A stretch of DNA of 64,000 nucleotides, from IMG/VR virus record IMGVR_UViG_3300028833_000055, positions 46,446-110,445 of that record. One strand, given 5' to 3'. The notes beneath the pieces are model-generated. The model ran no database searches, was not told the origin of the DNA, and saw nothing but the letters and a program-made list of their open reading frames with translations. The stretch comes from a virus (lineage: Duplodnaviria; Heunggongvirae; Uroviricota; Caudoviricetes). Positions 58,207 to 64,000 of the stretch are shown here, piece after piece. The first letter of the stretch is position 1, and each line of letters opens with the position of its first letter. A program made the translations under genes and the position numbers.

Positions 58207-59940
58207 TTAGTAGAGATTTACACCCTTACCACATCTTACTTCAAAAGCATAGTAGTAAAGTTGTGGGTGATGTCCTGCACGAACAATAGCATAACGTGAC
58301 TTCAATGAAGTTACAGGAGCACCTTCCATACCTTCTGCCGGATAAGAGAGCTTATCAGCCATCAAGTAAGGCATGAAAACGATACCTGGTTCATTGTCCT
58401 TACCCTTACGACCTACTACGATGTGACCATCTGTATAAGGCATATTCGGGTCAACATAGATGCTTACACCTGAAATTGCACCGATTGGGTAGAGAGAACC
58501 AGCGGTCTGGTTGATGGTGTTAGAAAGTGGATAAGCTGTGAAACCAGCACAATCCTGGATAGCGGCTGCGATACCTGCTGCACAAACAGCGAAAGTACCA
58601 GCACCTCTACGACCTCTTTGAGCGATGAGTGTAGAAGCAGCGAGAATCTTCGAGTACAGTCTTCTCTGGATTGTACCGAGAGTTTCAGCACCACCTGCTA
58701 CGAATACGGTTTCGTATCCTTCTGGTTGAGTTTCAGTCGGGTCAACGAAGAAGAATGTGTTAAGGTTGATACCTTCAAATGCAAGAGCTTCCTCGTGGTT
58801 CTTCCAACCAAGTTCGAAGATATTGTTCAACAACTCACGGTTGATGTGCTGTGTCAACTCGTTTACGAGTTCTGCTTCAACCTGTGCGAGAGCGTCAATA
58901 CCGTAAGCCTTGAGGTCCTGAATCTGTTCACGAGTGATAGCACCCTTAACCTGGATGGTCTTGGCTTCTACCTTCTCGGTGAATACGTTCAAAGACATCA
59001 TATTGCTTGGAGTAGATTCACCAGTTGCTCTGTCATAAGACTGTGCAGACATTGGTTTACCGTTCTTGAATCCAGCACCTGTGAAACCAGGGATGAAATC
59101 TTCGAGAGCCTTTACAGTGTCGATGTCAACAACATAGTAAGACTTTGATTCACTTCCATCTTCAAGTGTGAAGATAGGTTCACTACCCATCATAAGAGCT
59201 TCAGCGAGAGTCTGTGAAGCACCTTCACCACCATTCCAAAGTTGATTATTTGTTCTCATCTTTTCCTTTACCTGGAAGATAGGACGACCGTCGATACGAC
59301 CGAGTGCTACGAAAGTGAGTTCATAATTATCATCAATTGGGAATACGGCGTTTGGTTGGAACAACTTCTGCATATCCTTGAAATTTGCAGAATGACTGAT
59401 TTTGTCATCAAAATCAATATCCTTGTCGGAATCAGTGTCACCTTCTGCAAGTGTCAACTTGACCATAAGAGGTGCAGTTGTTGATTCATTACCTTCTGGC
59501 CAAGTACCTTGGAAACGTGGGTTGATGTTAGTCTTACCACCTTCGTAAACATAGTCCATATACTGAAGGATTCCGAGAGGACCCTGCATTGGAACTACTG
59601 GAACCAAGTCCAAAGCGATAGTCTGAGCTGCTACCTGTACTGCGAGAGGAAGGAGTGAAAATGGATTATCACCGCTACCACGCTGTCCATCGTAACCGTT
59701 GTTAGGGTTAGCACCTGGGAAGAACATATCACCCATACCACCAACGTTCATACCTGGGTTAAGGTGAGCATATCCCATTACTGACTCATTAAGTTGTTTC
59801 TTTTCGTACATATCGTGATAAGCACAATACTTACTCATCCAAGTCAACTTGCTTCTATCAGTAATGCCAGTTGACTCGGTAATAAAACCTGACCAAGCCT
59901 TCATTGTTTCGGCCTCGTTCAAAATAACATTTTGTAACAT
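58207..59940 (-). CDS. gp23: major capsid protein (T4 gp23-like)
   Basis: DLVPVVPMQGPLG, VEAKT..ITREQIQDLKAYG.DA, INRE, RRGAGTF, VYVDP, FMPY, LKSRYA; strong codon bias; two CATAAATA upstream (60023-60030, 60090-60097). Confidence 0.93.
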   Translation of the reverse strand: MLQNVILNEAETMKAWSGFITESTGITDRSKLTWMSKYCAYHDMYEKKQLNESVMGYAHLNPGMNVGGMGDMFFPGANPNNGYDGQRGSGDNPFSLLPLAVQVAAQTIALDLVPVVPMQGPLGILQYMDYVYEGGKTNINPRFQGTWPEGNESTTAPLMVKLTLAEGDTDSDKDIDFDDKISHSANFKDMQKLFQPNAVFPIDDNYELTFVALGRIDGRPIFQVKEKMRTNNQLWNGGEGASQTLAEALMMGSEPIFTLEDGSESKSYYVVDIDTVKALEDFIPGFTGAGFKNGKPMSAQSYDRATGESTPSNMMSLNVFTEKVEAKTIQVKGAITREQIQDLKAYGIDALAQVEAELVNELTQHINRELLNNIFELGWKNHEEALAFEGINLNTFFFVDPTETQPEGYETVFVAGGAETLGTIQRRLYSKILAASTLIAQRGRRGAGTFAVCAAGIAAAIQDCAGFTAYPLSNTINQTAGSLYPIGAISGVSIYVDPNMPYTDGHIVVGRKGKDNEPGIVFMPYLMADKLSYPAEGMEGAPVTSLKSRYAIVRAGHHPQLYYYAFEVRCGKGVNLY

Positions 59941-60114
59941 AATTTTATTCCTTTTTTATTTTATATATAGTCAACTGAAGTACATTGCTTCTATTTACTT
60001 CAAGTTTCTTTTTTTCTTACGGTATTTATGTAAATTTATTTTACACAAATCCTTTCGCTAAAAGTGTGGATAAATAAATCTCCACACTGTATTTATGAAA
60101 ATCTATTTTCAAAA

Positions 60115-61293
60115 TTAATCAATCAACGAAAGATTAAAATTATAAAGGTTTTCGTTCAACATTACATTACCGTAACGGTCACTGTACAATGACTCGTTAT
60201 ATGCGTTAGTTACCATATCAATAACCTTGTCAAGAGGATAGTTCTTCTTGTTCAACGCCTTGACACCTTTCTTGATAACTGCACTTGCGGTTGCATCCTT
60301 TACTGAAATCAACTTGTCACCGGCCTTGTCTGCGAGGTCTGAAATCTTCTCACCAATCTTGTTCATAAGAACCTTGATGTCATTCATCCAGTCTGCGAGC
60401 TTATCGGTAACTTCCTCATATGCTTTACGGACACCTCTACTAAAACTGTTCCAAGCTTCTTTTACTCCGTCTGCAATGTCACCAGCGGTTTCCTTCACAT
60501 AGTTTTTCACTTCATCGGCCTTTGTTGACAACCATTCCTTTGCTATCATTACGGCTGCCGTAACCTTTTCCTTTGCATCGTTGAAAATCTTCTTAATGAA
60601 ATCACCGAATGCTTCGGCCGCTCCAGAAACTTTCTTGCCGACCAATAGCAATATTGCCCAACATACCTTTGTGAAGATATAAATCTTATCCTTTATTGAA
60701 TTATATGCGTTTTCCAAAGCGTCACCTGCCTTTTGAAGTTTATCCTTTATTTCCTCATAGGCCTTTTCTACAAATTCAACAATCTTTGAATAAACTTTCT
60801 TCAAAGCATCTTTTGCAAGGTCAAACCCAGAAACACCGAGTTTAATAAGGAAACCTATTGATGAGACTATGATATTGGGAATGGCAGTAACCACCTTTTT
60901 TGTAAATTCATAACCACCTTTCATAGCCTTGACAATAGCACTACCAACACCTTCAAAAAACTTTTTTGTAGCGTCTGCGTCAGATTTGATTTCATCAAGA
61001 ACACTTACCAAACCTTCCTTCATAGCTTCACCACCTTTTTTTGTACCATTGATAACAGCATCTATTGCAGAACCAACATTGTATCCAAATTTGGCCATTG
61101 CATATGCCATAGTTTGTGCAAATACATCACCTACTTTTTCGGCTGAATTTTCACGGATAAAATCGGCAGTAATCTTAACTTTAGGTTCTTCAGGTTCACT
61201 TTCCCTATTGAACAAACCTTCGTTTACGGAATTTTCATATCCGTAGTTACTGTAACGGTTTTCATTTATAAATTCTTCAAAATTCTTAATCAT
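60115..61293 (-). CDS. amphipathic helical protein with MIKNFEEFINE leader (candidate internal/ejection protein)
   Basis: Leader; Ala/Lys-rich helical repeats; located in the head gene cluster. Confidence 0.7.
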   Translation of the reverse strand: MIKNFEEFINENRYSNYGYENSVNEGLFNRESEPEEPKVKITADFIRENSAEKVGDVFAQTMAYAMAKFGYNVGSAIDAVINGTKKGGEAMKEGLVSVLDEIKSDADATKKFFEGVGSAIVKAMKGGYEFTKKVVTAIPNIIVSSIGFLIKLGVSGFDLAKDALKKVYSKIVEFVEKAYEEIKDKLQKAGDALENAYNSIKDKIYIFTKVCWAILLLVGKKVSGAAEAFGDFIKKIFNDAKEKVTAAVMIAKEWLSTKADEVKNYVKETAGDIADGVKEAWNSFSRGVRKAYEEVTDKLADWMNDIKVLMNKIGEKISDLADKAGDKLISVKDATASAVIKKGVKALNKKNYPLDKVIDMVTNAYNESLYSDRYGNVMLNENLYNFNLSLID

Positions 61294-61306
61294 AATTTAT
61301 ATTTTT

Positions 61307-62011
61307 TTATTCTTGTGTATTAAAAATGTTTTCAAGTTCGTGCATACAGTTTATGAACTTTTTAACATTCAGTTCTTTATATGATAGAACCATTACTGCA
61401 CCCAAGAGTTTTCCTTCATAATAGAGGTTGAATGTGTATATCCATTTGACCGATTCGTTGTGTGACATCATATGGAAAAGTTTCACATCAACCTTCTCGA
61501 ACTCCTCCCTTGAACAGTATGCGAACTGTTGCTGGGTGAACTCCGGATTGTCGAAAATGTCATATTTGGTAATATGCTCATCCTTCAACGGAGACGAGTC
61601 TATGTAAGGTTCACCTTCCTTGCACATATCTATGGTCACGTCAAATTTTCTGAACGGGAACGAAGTCGCTATATTCGTAGAACCGTTATGGTATTCTATA
61701 AGATAGATATACTCACAACCGGTCTCCCTCATAGTTGAACGTAGTTTCTTCTTGACCTCCGTATAGACCTCCTGTGATTTCACTAGTTTCTCCTGATGTT
61801 CCTCATCCTGTTCCTTTATGGATTGGTCTATTGCATTTTCGACTGTTTCAGGGACTACCTCCTTAATCTTATAGTCGACAAAGTAACCTATTCCAAATAT
61901 GGTCATACCGATGAGAAGCACAGTCAAGACGGTTTTTATACCATATTTCTTGATGAGTCCCAATAATAGTACCCCATATTCTTTTAACCAGGTAAATATT
62001 GACGAAAACAT
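61307..62011 (-). CDS. putative holin (single TM plus soluble GAF-like domain, T4 T-like topology)
   Basis: TVLTVLLIGMTIFGIGYFV helix followed by a globular domain (YIYLIEYHNG...LLGAVMVLS). Confidence 0.5.
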   Translation of the reverse strand: MFSSIFTWLKEYGVLLLGLIKKYGIKTVLTVLLIGMTIFGIGYFVDYKIKEVVPETVENAIDQSIKEQDEEHQEKLVKSQEVYTEVKKKLRSTMRETGCEYIYLIEYHNGSTNIATSFPFRKFDVTIDMCKEGEPYIDSSPLKDEHITKYDIFDNPEFTQQQFAYCSREEFEKVDVKLFHMMSHNESVKWIYTFNLYYEGKLLGAVMVLSYKELNVKKFINCMHELENIFNTQE

Positions 62012-62023
62012 TTTTTATTCAGT

Positions 62024-64000
62024 TTAGTTCTTTCTCATACGGTATTTAATCTGCTCCGACATTGCAAGAAGTCTGTCCGACATACCTTCGTTAATCTTGT
62101 TGTCTTCACTCTTGTTTGCAGTAACCGTTTCGTTTATTTTCTTCATAGGAACTTGTTTCTCCCTCATATCACGGGTGTTCCAGAAATAAGTTGCCGTTTC
62201 GGCGTTATTTATAATGAACATCTTTGATTCTGAAAGGATTTCCTGCTTTCTTTCATCCGAAAGGTTAGCCCATCTCTCTTTGAGTCTCGCCGGTATGTAG
62301 TTTACAAGTTTAAACTCGTTTGCGTTTTCAAGAGATTTCCTTGATTCTTCAATCTGTTCGGCTTCCTTCTGCTTCAATTCGGCATACTGTGTCTTTACCG
62401 TTGAAATGAGATTTCCAAGTTTTTCGGTAAGTTCAGTCTGGTATTTCTTAGCGTCAAACTGTGGTTTCTTGTTTGTTTCCTTGTTTGCCGGAACCGTCTG
62501 TTTGGTTTCATTGCTTTCGTTTATCTTTTCAACACCTTCCATATTGTTGATACTTTCAACTATATAGTTGTTGTGTGAAACGATGTTGTTCATACCTTCG
62601 GAAATATAGTTGCTGTAAGACTTCAATTGGTCGAATTTCTCGTTCAATGAATTTGTCTCGTCAATCATCTTGTTGCAGTTTTCAGCGATGTAGTCTTGAT
62701 GTTCTATCGCCTGGTTCAACTTTTCAACGAGATAGTTTGAATGTGCTATATTCTTGTTCTGCTCTTCTGCAAGCATATTCGAGTAGTCTATCGACTTGTC
62801 GAGCATTTCGGAGATGTAGTTCTGATAACCGATTGTGTCGTTCAAGTTCTCGACTATGTAATCTTGATGTTCAATCATCTTGTTGCAGTTCTCTGCAATG
62901 TAGTCTTGATGTTCAATCATCTTGTTGCAGTTCTCTGCAATGTAGTCCTGGTGAGAAATTGCATTGTCGAGTTGTTCTGCAAGATAAACAGTGTATTTTT
63001 TAAGGTTGTTGTATCTTTCTTCAACCTCGCCCATCTTTGCATCAACACTATTTGCCACCAAGTTTGAAATAAGCTTGTTATCTGTCTTTCCATCCTCGAA
63101 GGTTTCAGTTGGTTTCAAACCTTCCTTTTCCTTTTTGAATGAATCCAATTCCGTCCTATAGTTGGTGATAGCGGATTGCAAATCGGCTATAATTTCTGAA
63201 AGATTTTCCGTGTATTTCTGGAAATCTTCAAAAGAAATGTAATTTGCATTATCCATATTATTTGTATTGTTTGTATCGTCTATTGTACCATTGGTTGCCC
63301 TGTTGTTTGAATTCTTGTACTGCTGGTCAGCACCAAACTTGTCGGTTTTGAATCCTTCTGAACCAGGTTCGGGCAGAAGTTCGGTATTCGTCTCGTAGAT
63401 TTCAAAGTTGTCCGACTTTGAAAGGAGTTTCATACCTTCATTAATTTTATTGTAACTTTCGTTCAATTCGTTGAGGGCTTTTCTTGAAGTTTCTGAAATC
63501 AATGATGAACCATATCCTTCATTCACTCTCGATAAGACTGCGTTGGCGAAACCTGGGTCTGCAACCAAGTCATATGTGAAAAGCTGCTGAAGTCTTACAC
63601 GTCCTGTTGATTCGTCAACGGTTCCGGCTGCTCTTGAACTAATATGTAAAGGAATACCGTCCTTTACGAGTGCTTGTGCCTCCTTACCCTTCGTAGTATT
63701 CAGAAGACGAATCTTTCCGATGATGGCGTTTTGCTGCGGGTCATATTCAAGACTCTCTATCACATGTGAAGCGTTTGTCAATGAAATCTCATATCCGTGA
63801 GGATGGTCCAGTTCACCGAGAAGGGCGTGATTCTTTATCGTTTCCTTCAATGCTTCTATATGTGGAAGAAAGTCTGCACTTTCATAAATTCTACCATTAC
63901 GGTTTTTCTGGTTGAAAGTTGTAAAAATACCGGTAAGAACTATCGAATTTTCGGGAGTACCGAGATTGTTGACAACAGTCTCATTACTATATTTTATATC
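62024..64000 (-). CDS. gp21: prohead protease (T4 gp21-like) fused to a coiled-coil scaffold-like region; 5' end beyond window
   Basis: Frame is open to 64000 and includes LTGIF..KNRNGRIY; LGELDHP, ISSRAAG, TYDLVADPGF. Confidence 0.9.
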   Translation of the reverse strand, partial: DIKYSNETVVNNLGTPENSIVLTGIFTTFNQKNRNGRIYESADFLPHIEALKETIKNHALLGELDHPHGYEISLTNASHVIESLEYDPQQNAIIGKIRLLNTTKGKEAQALVKDGIPLHISSRAAGTVDESTGRVRLQQLFTYDLVADPGFANAVLSRVNEGYGSSLISETSRKALNELNESYNKINEGMKLLSKSDNFEIYETNTELLPEPGSEGFKTDKFGADQQYKNSNNRATNGTIDDTNNTNNMDNANYISFEDFQKYTENLSEIIADLQSAITNYRTELDSFKKEKEGLKPTETFEDGKTDNKLISNLVANSVDAKMGEVEERYNNLKKYTVYLAEQLDNAISHQDYIAENCNKMIEHQDYIAENCNKMIEHQDYIVENLNDTIGYQNYISEMLDKSIDYSNMLAEEQNKNIAHSNYLVEKLNQAIEHQDYIAENCNKMIDETNSLNEKFDQLKSYSNYISEGMNNIVSHNNYIVESINNMEGVEKINESNETKQTVPANKETNKKPQFDAKKYQTELTEKLGNLISTVKTQYAELKQKEAEQIEESRKSLENANEFKLVNYIPARLKERWANLSDERKQEILSESKMFIINNAETATYFWNTRDMREKQVPMKKINETVTANKSEDNKINEGMSDRLLAMSEQIKYRMRKN
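62862..62945. repeat. perfect 2 x 42-bp tandem repeat (14-aa unit HQDYIAENCNKMIE)
   Basis: tcttgatgttcaatcatcttgttgcagttctctgcaatgtag occurs twice, with degenerate copies nearby. Confidence 0.9.

Noticed and set aside
1-64000. Stop-codon recoding (TAG to Gln) as in some Lak and crAss-like phages
   Set aside because: Core genes are uninterrupted in the standard code, and TAG ends several genes at sensible positions (for example 2025, 37082, 25554)
1-64000. CRISPR array, tRNA or rRNA genes
   Set aside because: Intergenic gaps are short and explained by promoters and terminators; no repeat-spacer pattern or cloverleaf was seen by eye, although no scan was run

Overview
Segment of a large, AT-rich, T4-like (myovirus-type, probably jumbo) phage genome read in the standard code. 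The host is probably Bacteroidota, based on three identical TAnnTTTG-type promoter elements. Recognisable genes: a prohead protease fused to a scaffold-like region (runs off the window), major capsid protein, tail sheath and tube, a gp13-like neck protein, tail fibre and other large virion proteins, type II topoisomerase subunits separated by a free-standing endonuclease, clamp loader, Rad50/gp46, a ClpC-like ATPase, ThyX, a DnaQ-like exonuclease, a nucleotidase, several DNA methyltransferases (one split in two), an M15 peptidase and a probable holin. Three promoter-like motifs partition the genes: CATAAATA (T4-late-like), TTTTGTTATATTTA (replication and metabolic genes) and AAAAATAGTATCTTTG (host sigma-like). 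The most interesting signal is a set of otherwise unrelated late genes sharing short N-terminal leaders in two families, K-F-x-E-F-I-x-E (resembling the T4 capsid-targeting sequence) and MGILxNLTxEYF..RxED. These suggest a virion-packaged cargo. That cargo appears to include a four-gene module (two AAA+ ATPases, one carrying DUF285 repeats, plus an HEXXH metallopeptidase and a vWA protein) whose internal promoter sits between 15-bp inverted repeats. All assignments come from motif recognition by eye; no searches were run.
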